Shown: positions 6,909-16,242 of the stretch, piece after piece
How the letters are laid out: every line of letters starts with the position of its first letter
How positions within the stretch are numbered: the first letter of the stretch is position 1
Source: Candidatus Aenigmatarchaeota archaeon
GTDB taxonomy: Archaea > Aenigmatarchaeota > Aenigmatarchaeia > CG10238-14 > SCSR01
Assembly (NCBI GenBank): GCA_016187385.1
Contig: JACPJU010000001.1
Span: forward strand, 101,956-165,955
DNA: 64,000 nt
Reading direction: 5' to 3'
The notes under the pieces: model-generated
Told to the model about the DNA's origin: nothing
Databases searched by the model: none
What the model saw: the letters and a program-made list of their open reading frames with translations, nothing else
Position numbers and translations under genes: made by a program

Positions 6909-8444
6909 ATGGCAATACTGAAATTGGAATCACTCGAACCAAGGGAATACCAGAGGAATATCGCGAAAACAGCAGGCGAGAAGAATACTCTAGTTGTGCT
7001 ACCGACAGGCATGGGAAAGACGTTGATTTCATTGCTGGTGGCATCCGACAGATTGGAAAAATTTCCAGAAAGCAAGATAATGATTCTCTCGCCGACAAGG
7101 CCTTTATCAACCCAGCATGAAAAAACTTTTGAGACTTTCACGACTATTCCCGAGGATGAAATAATTCTTCTGACAGGAAAGATCAAACCCGATGACAGAG
7201 TCGAACTTTACAAAAAAGCAAAAATCATTATCGCGACACCGCAGACTATAGAAAATGATTTGGAGAATAGCAAGATCGATCTAAGTGAATTCTCTTTCAT
7301 GGTTTTTGACGAGGCGCACAGGGCAGTAAAGGAATATGCTTATCCTTACATTGCCAAGAAATTCAGGCTGCAATCAAAATACCCGCTTATACTGGGATTG
7401 ACTGCATCACCCGGTGCGGCGCAGGAAAAAATACAAGAGATATGTGACAATTTATTCATCAAAGGCGTGGAGATAAGGAGCGAGGGTGATGTTGATGTCG
7501 AGGAGTATGTCCAGCCTGTCGAGCATGAGAACATCTATGTGGAAATGCCGGAAGAATTCAAGGAAATAACGACGCTGTTGGAAGAGGCTCTAAAGGACGA
7601 CCTGTACTGGCTCAAGGAGCACCATTATACTTTCACTTACAAGCCAACAAAAACAATGCTCTTGGACACCCAGAAGAAGATTATGGCGAGTTACATGAGA
7701 GGTTCCAAAAACTATGGGGCTTTCTGGGGCATGATGAGGACAGCAGGCGCGATTAAACTGACTCATGCGATTGAGATGTTAGAAACACAAGGTGTAAGAT
7801 TTTTATATGATTTCCTGAAGAAAATCGAGAAGAGCAAGAAAAGAACCGATGAGAGATTGTTCAAGGATCCCAGAATCCGCGAGGCTGTGAGATTATGCGA
7901 GGAGCTGTCCCTAAGCGACATAGAACACCCGAAGTTGCGCAAGGTCATCGAAGTTGCAAAGGAACTGATATCTAAAAAACCTAACCCGAAAATCATCGTA
8001 TTCGCGAATTATCGCACGACTGTAGAGAAGATAAACAAGATTTTGAATGATTCTGGAATTAGTTCCGAGATTTTGATCGGTCAGACTATCAAAGAAGGAA
8101 AGGGACTAACACAACAGCAGCAATTGGAAGTCCTAAACAGATTCAAGGAAGGTCAATTCACCGCATTGGTTTGTTCCAGCGTAGGTGAGGAGGGGTTGGA
8201 CATTCCGAATATCGATTATGCCATATTTTACGAATCCGTTCCGAGCGAGATAAGGCACATTCAGAGAAGGGGCAGGGTTGGCAGGCAGTCTGTGGGAAAG
8301 GTGATATTTCTGATAACAAAAGGCACGCGCGACGAAGTCTATTATTATGCGTCATTGAAGAAGGAGAAGAAAATGAAAGGCATGCTGTACAGGATGAAGG
8401 ATAAGGGCATCAAGAAGAAAAATAATCTATTGGATTGGGTGTGA
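6909..8444 (+). CDS. hef: Hef/FANCM-type SF2 helicase (helicase part only)
   Basis: LEPREYQRNIA, LVVLPTGMGKT (motif I), FDEAHRA (motif II, DEAH), LGLTASPG (III), IQRRGRVGR (VI). Followed after 3 nt by an ERCC4 nuclease gene. Confidence 0.85.
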   Translation: MAILKLESLEPREYQRNIAKTAGEKNTLVVLPTGMGKTLISLLVASDRLEKFPESKIMILSPTRPLSTQHEKTFETFTTIPEDEIILLTGKIKPDDRVELYKKAKIIIATPQTIENDLENSKIDLSEFSFMVFDEAHRAVKEYAYPYIAKKFRLQSKYPLILGLTASPGAAQEKIQEICDNLFIKGVEIRSEGDVDVEEYVQPVEHENIYVEMPEEFKEITTLLEEALKDDLYWLKEHHYTFTYKPTKTMLLDTQKKIMASYMRGSKNYGAFWGMMRTAGAIKLTHAIEMLETQGVRFLYDFLKKIEKSKKRTDERLFKDPRIREAVRLCEELSLSDIEHPKLRKVIEVAKELISKKPNPKIIVFANYRTTVEKINKILNDSGISSEILIGQTIKEGKGLTQQQQLEVLNRFKEGQFTALVCSSVGEEGLDIPNIDYAIFYESVPSEIRHIQRRGRVGRQSVGKVIFLITKGTRDEVYYYASLKKEKKMKGMLYRMKDKGIKKKNNLLDWV

Positions 8445-8447
8445 CAA

Positions 8448-9116
8448 ATGGATACGCAGAAAATTCTGAAGCCGAACAACAAAATTGTGATACTGGCGGA
8501 TTATAGGGAAAGGGAAGTCATTGACCATCTTGAAAAGATGGGTGCGGTTGTAAACAAGATGAATCTCAAAGTAGGGGACTTTATCTGCTCAAGCAACAGG
8601 ATAGCAATAGAAAGGAAGACTCATAGTGATTTTGTTTCGTCGATAATAGACGGCAGGATATTCGAACAGATGAATTACATGAAAGAGAATTTTGAAAAGC
8701 CGTTGGTTATTGTTGAAGGTTATTCTAACAGAAACATAAATGAGAATGCGTTCAAAGCGACAGTTGCAAGCATGATAACGAAATTTGGAGTGTCTCTTGT
8801 AAGTACGATGAATTCGCTCGATACAGCGAAAATGATTTATTGGATAGCAAAGAAGGAGCAGGAAACTGGCTATGATTTGGGATTCAAGCATGGGAAGAAA
8901 CCGCGAAATGATTCCGACCTGCAGGAATTCATATTGTCGAGCATACCTGGGATTTCTAAAATTCTAGCGAGAAGATTATTGGAAAATTTCGGCAACATTG
9001 AAAACGTGGTTAATGCTCAGGAAAATGAACTTGGAAAGATAAAAGGCGTAGGAAAGAAGCACGCGCAAAAAATAAAAAAGCTTTTGACTGATAAATATAC
9101 TCGGGTGTTAGACTGA
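8448..9116 (+). CDS. ERCC4/XPF-type structure-specific nuclease with C-terminal (HhH)2 (nuclease part of Hef)
   Basis: LADYREREV...VGDFI...IERKTHSDFVSSIIDGRIFEQ is the ERCC4 GDx(n)ERKx3D signature. C-terminal IPGISKILARRLLENFGNIENVVNAQENELGKIKGVGKKHAQKI is the HhH pair. Confidence 0.85.
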   Translation: MDTQKILKPNNKIVILADYREREVIDHLEKMGAVVNKMNLKVGDFICSSNRIAIERKTHSDFVSSIIDGRIFEQMNYMKENFEKPLVIVEGYSNRNINENAFKATVASMITKFGVSLVSTMNSLDTAKMIYWIAKKEQETGYDLGFKHGKKPRNDSDLQEFILSSIPGISKILARRLLENFGNIENVVNAQENELGKIKGVGKKHAQKIKKLLTDKYTRVLD

Positions 9117-10198
9117 AGGACGCGCTGATAGTTGGAATAGATCCGGGAACTACCTCTGCTGTTGCCATTCTTGATTCTGTAGGTAATGTATTGAATGTTT
9201 ACAGCAGGCGGTATATTAGCAGGGCGGAATTGATCAGCCACATAATGAAATTCGGTGATCCTGTTGTTATAGCATCTGACGTCAGCATAATGCCCAAGTC
9301 TGTTGAGAAGATTGCAACGAAATTCGGATGCGTGTCTTATTCTCCTGATATCTCGTTGAGTCTTGTGGAAAAACAGAATCTTACAAAAGAATTTAACGAA
9401 TTGGTCAAGAATGGTCATGAGACGGATGCATTATCGGCGAGCATAAAGGCATGGAAGAATTACAGGAATATATTCAGAAAAATCGATGAAAGCCTGGCAA
9501 GATTCAACAAAAAAGACTTGTTTTCAAAGGTCGTCAGAAGAGTGATAAAGGAAGAAAGTCCGAACATCGAAGATTCCATAAGAAATTTTATAGAAGATGA
9601 AAAATCGCAGGAGACACAAGCAAAAATAGGAGGCAATAAAAAAACCGTTGACGAGGGATTGAAGAGAAAATTAACTGAGAGTCTGTCGGAAATAGATTCG
9701 CTGAAATACCAGAAGGAACTCCTCAATAAAGCCCTGAATGATGCAAGAAAGGAAATCTCTAACTTGAAAATAAAATCTTATCCGCCGAAGTCCGAAACCG
9801 AGAGCAGATTGGGAGGTTCTATTGAGTATTTGAAAAAGCTTAGAAAAGCGGAAATCAAAGGATATTACCCCATAATTGAAATTGGCGAAGTAAAGCCAGA
9901 GATTATTGAAAAGATTGATAGGGAAATTGATTTGGAAGACAGGATTGTTCTTGTGGGTGGGAATCAAAATTTGAGCGTTCTGAACGGCTATAGCATAAAA
10001 TGCGCTCTTGTATTGGGCGAAACAGAAAACAATATAATTGGGAAAATAGAATTTCCTATTATAAAGGCAGATGACGAAATAGAAAAATTTGATGACATCT
10101 CTGTGATCAAAAAAGGTTACATAGAAAGGAAAATGGCCGAAGCCAAGAAGAAAGGTCTGGTGGGATGGCTGGAAAATTACAGAAAAAGGAGAGAATAG
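9113..10198 (+). CDS. DUF460 / COG2433 RNase H-fold (RuvC/YqgF-like) predicted nuclease, no canonical start codon for the conserved N-terminus
   Basis: The frame is open from 9095. It encodes LKDALIVGIDPGTTSAVAILDSVGNVLNVYS upstream of the tracked TTG at 9191. (I/V)VGIDPG(T/I)T is the conserved N-terminal acidic motif of this family. There is no ATG/GTG/TTG between 9095 and 9190. CTG at 9113 follows GGGTG plus 5 nt. Confidence 0.6.
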   Translation: MKDALIVGIDPGTTSAVAILDSVGNVLNVYSRRYISRAELISHIMKFGDPVVIASDVSIMPKSVEKIATKFGCVSYSPDISLSLVEKQNLTKEFNELVKNGHETDALSASIKAWKNYRNIFRKIDESLARFNKKDLFSKVVRRVIKEESPNIEDSIRNFIEDEKSQETQAKIGGNKKTVDEGLKRKLTESLSEIDSLKYQKELLNKALNDARKEISNLKIKSYPPKSETESRLGGSIEYLKKLRKAEIKGYYPIIEIGEVKPEIIEKIDREIDLEDRIVLVGGNQNLSVLNGYSIKCALVLGETENNIIGKIEFPIIKADDEIEKFDDISVIKKGYIERKMAEAKKKGLVGWLENYRKRRE

Positions 10199-10722
10199 TG
10201 TCGAGGCTTAACGACGTTTTGATTTTTTTGGTCGTGTTCAATATTTTAGCTGTTCCGCTGTATGTCGCATTGTACACGGATTTTTCAATCGGAGCTGTGC
10301 AGGAATTGAATGCGAAACTGCTTTACGGCACTTTGAAGGCTTTGGGCTATCAAGTTGAGACAAAAGATGCGATGGTTTACCTCATTTCTGACGGGACTCC
10401 CAGATTCATAGAAATATCATGGGATTCTACTGGATGGAAGAGCATGTATGCTGTTGCAGCGCTGATAATAGCGACTCCCATATCTGTAATGTCGAGAAAA
10501 GTGAGATTTATTGCGCTTGGCATTTTGTCCATGTTTGTTTTGAACTATTTCAGGATAACAACAACAGTGCTGATATCTGCCGTCTACGGATTCCAAGCTT
10601 TCGATTTGGTGCATACGATACTGTGGCGCGAGGCTCTTATTGTTAGTGTTGTGGCTTTCTGGGTCATCTGGCTGGCTATGGAAAAGTATAATATCGGCAA
10701 AATTCAAATAAAAATCAGGTGA
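10198..10722 (+). CDS. small exosortase/archaeosortase-like membrane protein with Ser at the expected catalytic Cys position
   Basis: About 5 TM helices. ISWDSTGWKSMYAVAAL aligns by eye with the xxxCSGxrS block, NYFRITT with the conserved Arg, and LVHTILW with the conserved His of exo/archaeosortases. GTG at 10198 overlaps the upstream TAG (TAGTG). The tracked ORF starts at 10165. Confidence 0.4.
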   Translation: MSRLNDVLIFLVVFNILAVPLYVALYTDFSIGAVQELNAKLLYGTLKALGYQVETKDAMVYLISDGTPRFIEISWDSTGWKSMYAVAALIIATPISVMSRKVRFIALGILSMFVLNYFRITTTVLISAVYGFQAFDLVHTILWREALIVSVVAFWVIWLAMEKYNIGKIQIKIR

Positions 10723-12446
10723 ACATGGCGGAAGAAGAGATTAAGAGCGAGGAAGTTCCTGTTGAATCGATTGTAGCAGACCCGCCTAAAGAGGAAAATA
10801 AGCCGAAGAAAACTGCTCAGAAAATGGACAGTCAATTCAGGAGAGATTTGGCATTTTTGCAGAAGAAAATCGCTGACTTGGAAATAGCTATTTCTGACAT
10901 CCAGGAAGGTGCGAAGAAAGTCGACATGGACGATTTCGAAGGCGTGAAGCAAAGAGTCGACGACATGGAAGACTTGGTGATGGTCGAGAATGCCGGCATA
11001 ATAGAACTGAAGAAGATGCTTGAAGGTATGCAAGCCGGAAGCCAACTGGTACCTGCAGTCGAAGAATTGAAAGGTAGGTTGAATGCGCTTGAGGAAAAGA
11101 TTTCTAATACACAACCTGATACTGCTAATATCGATGAGATTAAAAATAGTTTTGAAAGTTTGAAGACAGAGATAGATGCGAAGCTGTCTGAAATCAGGAC
11201 ATCTGCTCCTAATGTTGAGAATGTCAACGATGAAATGAGAGCAGAGCTAAACAAATCAGTCGACTGGATGAAAAACGAAGTCACTTCTCTTGTTGAACAA
11301 AGGACAACATCGATTGAAAAACAGCTTGCTGATGTAAATCAAAAGGTTTCTTCTTTGCCCTCGCCTGAGGAATTGAACGGTGTTGTGGAAGGAATGACAA
11401 ATTCCTTCAAATCGTTTAAAGGATCTTTGGAAACTCGATTCCAGACCGAGCAAAATAAATTGGAGCAAAGATGGGCAAGCGTCGAGGACAAGGTGATGTC
11501 GTCTTCAGATTTACTGAAAACAATGGAAGAATTCAAAGCTGACCTTGACATGAAAAGGCGCGCGCTGGAAGTTACGATCGATTCTATTGAAGAGAAATTG
11601 AGATTGCCCATGCATGAAAGGGCTGTGAGAGAGCTTGAAAAAATCAGGAATGATTGGATAATAAATAATTCGCGAGTGGATTCTCTTGAGACAATTGTAA
11701 AATCTTTCAGCAGCCAGATTGAAACATTGAGACCAAGCATGAAGAAAATGGAGACTTTCGACAAGATACTGGATTTGCACACAGAGATAACAAGGAAGCA
11801 CGAGGAAATGAAAAGGTTGCACGACTCGGCTGAAAGGATTGCGGGAAGACTCGAGTCTGTAGACATAGAAAAAGAGACGAGAAAATTCGAGGAGAAGATA
11901 AAGAACATCTCAAAAGACATCGAATATGCGACAAGACTTCCAGAAAAATTAGAGTCTGATATGAAGATTATGCAGGAGGACATGTCTGTGCTACAGGGGA
12001 ATTTGATGGCTCTTGAACAAAAGTCCACTAATTTTGACAATTTTGCGGACGATTTGCGAAAAACAAGGATGAACACTGAAAAAAGATTAAGGGAAAACGA
12101 AGAAATGTCAGGCGTTATGAAGAATGATTTGGATGGTATAAAGAACAGCCTGAAGAAACAACAGAAAGGTGATATGACCGAAGTGGTGAAGAAGATAGAG
12201 GGTCTAGAGGCTGACATACAAGGCGTAAAGTCTCTCATTCCTGAAAAATCAGAAGACAAGAGTGAATTGGAATTGGCGGTGACTGTACAAGAACTGCAAA
12301 GGAAGATTGAAAGGATGGAGGCAACTTCATTCAGCGACCAGATATCGGAACTTATCAACAGACTTGTGTTCGTGGAGTCGAGGATTGTTGCGCTGGAAGT
12401 CATGATACAAAATATGCCGAGATATTCTCCGATAATAGTGGAATAA
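10719..12446 (+). CDS. long coiled-coil protein, function unknown
   Basis: 575 aa, E/K/L-rich heptad-like sequence throughout. No nucleotide-binding motifs. AGGTGA precedes the ATG at 10725. Confidence 0.6.
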   Translation: MNMAEEEIKSEEVPVESIVADPPKEENKPKKTAQKMDSQFRRDLAFLQKKIADLEIAISDIQEGAKKVDMDDFEGVKQRVDDMEDLVMVENAGIIELKKMLEGMQAGSQLVPAVEELKGRLNALEEKISNTQPDTANIDEIKNSFESLKTEIDAKLSEIRTSAPNVENVNDEMRAELNKSVDWMKNEVTSLVEQRTTSIEKQLADVNQKVSSLPSPEELNGVVEGMTNSFKSFKGSLETRFQTEQNKLEQRWASVEDKVMSSSDLLKTMEEFKADLDMKRRALEVTIDSIEEKLRLPMHERAVRELEKIRNDWIINNSRVDSLETIVKSFSSQIETLRPSMKKMETFDKILDLHTEITRKHEEMKRLHDSAERIAGRLESVDIEKETRKFEEKIKNISKDIEYATRLPEKLESDMKIMQEDMSVLQGNLMALEQKSTNFDNFADDLRKTRMNTEKRLRENEEMSGVMKNDLDGIKNSLKKQQKGDMTEVVKKIEGLEADIQGVKSLIPEKSEDKSELELAVTVQELQRKIERMEATSFSDQISELINRLVFVESRIVALEVMIQNMPRYSPIIVE

Positions 12447-12470
12447 ATTCCTGCAAGTCCTCTTTAGATT

Positions 12471-14555
12471 ATGTCGTACATATTGATTCTCGCTGAAAAG
12501 CCTGATGCTGCGCGAAGGATATCTGAGTCGATTGCGGACAGCAAACCTAGAATTGTTAGAAGGAATGGTGCAGATTATTACGAATTTACTATCAACAAGA
12601 AGAAACACGTATGTGTTCCTGCGGTCGGTCATCTTTTTGTTTTGAATCCAAAGAAAAATTCTGACATCAAAGGTTGGGACTATCCTGTGTTTGACATGGA
12701 ATGGATACCGACATATTCAAGAAAAGGAACGGAATGGACAGAAAAATATTTCAGGAACATACAGGAACTTTCCAAAGGTGCGACTGGATTCATCGATGCG
12801 GCGGATGTTGACGCGGAAGGCGAAGTGCTGCTGTACAATATTTTGAGATTCATCTGCAATGCTAGTGACGCCAAGAGAATGAAGTTCTCCACTCTTACCA
12901 AGGATGAACTGATAGAGTCTTACAAGAAAATGGAATCCCACATAATGTTTTCTTTGGCCGAGTCTGGTCTTACACGTCATCATTTAGACGCATTGTACGG
13001 ACTTAATTTGACCAGGGCATTGACGCTTGCGTTGAAATCTGTCAACAAAGGTTTCATGATTCTGTCAACAGGTCGCGTACAAGGTCCCATGCTGAGCATG
13101 CTTTTGGAGAGGGAACTTGAGATCAGAAATTTCAAGCCGATGCCGTTCTGGCAGTTGGAATTGTATGTGAATATAGAAGGTCAGGATGTTGCAGCCACTT
13201 ATGAAGAGGAAAGGATTTGGAAAAAGGAAGATGCGGAAAAAATATTCAACGGGAGCAAAGGGAAAGATGCTGTCGTAAAGGACATAAAGAAAAGGGAATA
13301 TAGTCAGTATCCTCCGCCGCCTTTCAACACAACAGACCTTCAATCAGAAGCCTACTCGCAGTTCAAGTTCTCTCCTTCGCAGACGATGAGCATTGCGGAA
13401 TCGCTTTATCAGGCCGGTTATATTTCTTATCCTCGTTCTTCGTCGCAGAAGCTGCCGCCGAGTGTTGGATACCAGAAGATTTTGAAGGCCATCGCGAATC
13501 TGCAGCCTTACAGGAAGTTCGTCGAACATCTGATGAAAAAGAAGATTTTGAAACCAGTCGAAGGTCCGAGGGATGATCCGGCCCACCCGTCTGTTTACGC
13601 GACACATGAAACTCCCGATTTGAAGAAACTTACACTACAACAGAAGAAGATTTACGATTTGATTGTAAGAAGAACTATGGCTACATTCGGGGATGTTGCT
13701 ACAAGAGAGACTAATACAATATCACTGGATGTTAATGGAAATGGATTTGTTCTTGTCGGGAAGAAAACTATCAATCCTGGCTGGATGACGATATACGAGC
13801 CGTACATGGATATGGACGAATTGATTTTGCCAGAATTGAAAATCGAGCAGGTGCTGAAGGTCATCAAGCTTGACATGTTGTCAAAAGAGACACAACCACC
13901 AGGGAGATATTCGCAGGGGTCGATTGTAAAGGAAATGGAAAAAAGAAATCTAGGGACGAAAGCCACTAGGGCAGATATTTTGCAGACTCTCTATGACAGG
14001 GATTACATAACAGGTAAGAGTATACAAGTTACCAAGCTGGGTGAAGCCGTGGCTTATGCGCTGAAGGAATACTGCCCGAAGATTGTCAGCGAGGAACTTA
14101 CCAGACATTTTGATGATGAAATGGAACAGGTTTTTAACGGCGATAAAGACAGGGAGGGAGTGGTCAAAGAAGCCGAGAATGTATTGGCTGACATCTTGGA
14201 AGAGTTCAAGTTAAAAGAGAAGCAGATCGGAGAGAAACTCGCAGGAGGTCTGGTTGAATCCAGAAGACTGTCAAACTTAATAGGAACATGTCCCAACTGC
14301 AAGACTGGCGAGTTGAGAATGTTGTTTTCGAAGAAAAGTGGGAAGAAGTTTGTCGGGTGCTCTAATTACGGGACAGAAATAAAATGCACGACAACATTTC
14401 CCATTCCCCTGAAAGGTCAGATAACACCGCTCAACAAAGCATGCAATGACTGTAGCATGCCGACAATCCAAGTATGGAGGAAGGGGTCAAGACCATTCAG
14501 AATGTGCATCAACCCAGCCTGCAAATCGAAGGAAAACTGGAGAAAGAAAACCTAA
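12471..14555 (+). CDS. topA: DNA topoisomerase, type IA (TopA / topo III-like)
   Basis: Toprim start MSYILILAEKPDAA, acidic DAADVDAEGE, active-site region GYISYPRSSSQKL, and C-terminal Zn-ribbons (CPNCKTGEL...C..., CNDCSMP...CINPAC). Confidence 0.9.
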   Translation: MSYILILAEKPDAARRISESIADSKPRIVRRNGADYYEFTINKKKHVCVPAVGHLFVLNPKKNSDIKGWDYPVFDMEWIPTYSRKGTEWTEKYFRNIQELSKGATGFIDAADVDAEGEVLLYNILRFICNASDAKRMKFSTLTKDELIESYKKMESHIMFSLAESGLTRHHLDALYGLNLTRALTLALKSVNKGFMILSTGRVQGPMLSMLLERELEIRNFKPMPFWQLELYVNIEGQDVAATYEEERIWKKEDAEKIFNGSKGKDAVVKDIKKREYSQYPPPPFNTTDLQSEAYSQFKFSPSQTMSIAESLYQAGYISYPRSSSQKLPPSVGYQKILKAIANLQPYRKFVEHLMKKKILKPVEGPRDDPAHPSVYATHETPDLKKLTLQQKKIYDLIVRRTMATFGDVATRETNTISLDVNGNGFVLVGKKTINPGWMTIYEPYMDMDELILPELKIEQVLKVIKLDMLSKETQPPGRYSQGSIVKEMEKRNLGTKATRADILQTLYDRDYITGKSIQVTKLGEAVAYALKEYCPKIVSEELTRHFDDEMEQVFNGDKDREGVVKEAENVLADILEEFKLKEKQIGEKLAGGLVESRRLSNLIGTCPNCKTGELRMLFSKKSGKKFVGCSNYGTEIKCTTTFPIPLKGQITPLNKACNDCSMPTIQVWRKGSRPFRMCINPACKSKENWRKKT

Positions 14556-14580
14556 TTTATAAGGCAAAACAATTAATACT

Positions 14581-14808
14581 ATGGCGAAACCGAGGAAGAA
14601 CAACAATCACAGATTCGTGCTACCATTGTTTGTCATTGCATCTGCAATTGTTTTTTCGACTGTATTTGTAATCGTGTTGCTTCCGGGCATCATCTCGCAA
14701 TTTGGTTATGAGCCTGTCCTTATTCTGTTGCTTATCACCATAGGAGTCGTCTCGTCGATGCTGTCTATATTGTTTTATCTGCTGCTGAAAAGAGAAATTA
14801 AAATCTAG
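14581..14808 (+). CDS. small membrane protein (2 TM)
   Basis: 75-aa hydrophobic ORF. No family recognised. Confidence 0.35.
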   Translation: MAKPRKNNNHRFVLPLFVIASAIVFSTVFVIVLLPGIISQFGYEPVLILLLITIGVVSSMLSILFYLLLKREIKI

Positions 14809-14810
14809 TC

Positions 14811-15350
14811 TCACCTTATTTTGCTGGCAGATACCTCAAGCGAAACATTTTTTACTGTCCTGATTTCGATTACCCCTTCGCTGGATTTCCATTCCTCCCA
14901 TTGCTGGGGCTCAAGAACAACAATGCCTTTCTCATCAGCAAAAACTATTACGGGCTTGTAGTAAGGATTGATTTCATTTCCGTTAAGAAAGACCTTGAAA
15001 TCAGACAGCGGAACAGTTCCTGAATTCTTGAATATCACTGTTGCCGTAGGTTGGCCTTCAGCAGTGTACCTTGTCACTTCCGTATACGCCATCCCGAACT
15101 TGGCGTCGGAAGCTGTGTAAATCGATTCGAGTATGCCTTTGGGGATCACCATCTCAATTCTGCTCATCTTTTCCCTAATGTCGTTTATCTCATCGGTGAT
15201 TTCGCGCAAGGATTTTCCGGTGACACCTAATTGGCTTTCGTATGACGAGTAGACAGTAAATGCAATCGTAATTGTCCCAGTTACCAGAACAATATAGACA
15301 ATCCGAATTATCGAAATTGCTTTACTTCTTTCTGTCTTTTTTGTGATCAT
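14811..15350 (-). CDS. N-terminally membrane-anchored protein with a beta-rich extracytoplasmic domain (possibly pilin/FlaF-G-like)
   Basis: N-terminal KAISIIRIVYIVLVTGTITIAFTV hydrophobic helix follows a basic stretch. The C-terminal TVIFKNSGTVPLSDFKVFLNGNEI pattern is reminiscent of archaeal type IV pilin-like or FlaF/FlaG beta-sandwich proteins. Weak call. Confidence 0.4.
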   Translation of the reverse strand: MITKKTERSKAISIIRIVYIVLVTGTITIAFTVYSSYESQLGVTGKSLREITDEINDIREKMSRIEMVIPKGILESIYTASDAKFGMAYTEVTRYTAEGQPTATVIFKNSGTVPLSDFKVFLNGNEINPYYKPVIVFADEKGIVVLEPQQWEEWKSSEGVIEIRTVKNVSLEVSASKIR

Positions 15351-15996
15351 AATCGCACAGGAACTCCTTTGGTTTTTTAAGGGATGTTTGGAAAAGCCCG
15401 AAAAACAGATAAGCTACCGACAAGTTGAATATCATATACACTGTATAGGTTGTCTTTGGATCCAGAGCGACAACGCCTATCAAAAGGACCGGCACATAAC
15501 TAAGACCAACCAATCCCGCGAATATTCCCGCAACGGCGTATTTCTTCACTCCCCTCTTGCAATGCGAGAAAAAGAAAAGGGAAGATGTGAACAGGACAAG
15601 CGAGCTTATAAGAAAAATCTGCAACGATGCTAGCACCAAGTCCTTGGTTACAAACATCATGAATGGGACCGACAAGTACATCAAAAGTCCCCAGTTGGCC
15701 GGTCTTTTTTCCGTGGGATGCACCAGTCTTAATGTCGCATACGAATAGAATATTATCCACGCAGCGAAAAATGCGGAATAGAGGAGATATACAATCGAGT
15801 CAAGTGAAACGCTCCAGTAGAATCTCAATACATTCGATATGGCGTAAGTAATACCTATGGCCGGAAAGATAAGAACAAGAAACTTTCTTTGCCTCCATTT
15901 CCATGCCAGCCAGAAGCAGATGGACACTACAACAACTGAAAGAGCCAAGTTGATGAAAAGTGTTATAGATTCGTAGCTGAGCATTCTATTATTCAA
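15322..15996 (-). CDS. polytopic membrane protein (about 7 TM)
   Basis: 224 aa, seven hydrophobic segments and a basic C-terminal tail. No family recognised. Confidence 0.5.
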   Translation of the reverse strand: MNNRMLSYESITLFINLALSVVVVSICFWLAWKWRQRKFLVLIFPAIGITYAISNVLRFYWSVSLDSIVYLLYSAFFAAWIIFYSYATLRLVHPTEKRPANWGLLMYLSVPFMMFVTKDLVLASLQIFLISSLVLFTSSLFFFSHCKRGVKKYAVAGIFAGLVGLSYVPVLLIGVVALDPKTTYTVYMIFNLSVAYLFFGLFQTSLKKPKEFLCDYDHKKDRKK

Positions 15997-16005
15997 TTGG
16001 AATTT

Positions 16006-16209
16006 CTATATAATATCAATTTGCTTGGTGCGTTCTTGTGCGATGGAAGGAATTTGAAGCGAATTAAAAATAGCATGTATGAGGTCATGATTATACGCTC
16101 TCTCAATGAGAGAACTCTTGTTGTAGAAATGCCGCAGGATTATATCGCTCCTCAGCTTCTGCCTCATTGGGAAATAGGTTTTTATACGCCCTCTTTTTCT
16201 CATCTTCAA
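16006..16209 (-). CDS. possible small basic protein
   Basis: 67-aa ORF MKMRKRGRIKTYFPMRQKL... lies between the conserved RNA-like element and the 7-TM gene, on the same strand. No homology recognised. Confidence 0.2.
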   Translation of the reverse strand: MKMRKRGRIKTYFPMRQKLRSDIILRHFYNKSSLIERAYNHDLIHAIFNSLQIPSIAQERTKQIDII

Positions 16210-16242
16210 ATCACCTCATGGACAACCTTGATGCATAATCTA

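Noticed and set aside
11339-12403. 354-aa minus-strand ORF (plus several shorter ones) opposite the coiled-coil gene.
   Set aside because: Ser/Phe/Leu-rich low-complexity translation is the mirror image of GAA/AAG-rich coding on the plus strand. No start context. It is an antisense artefact.
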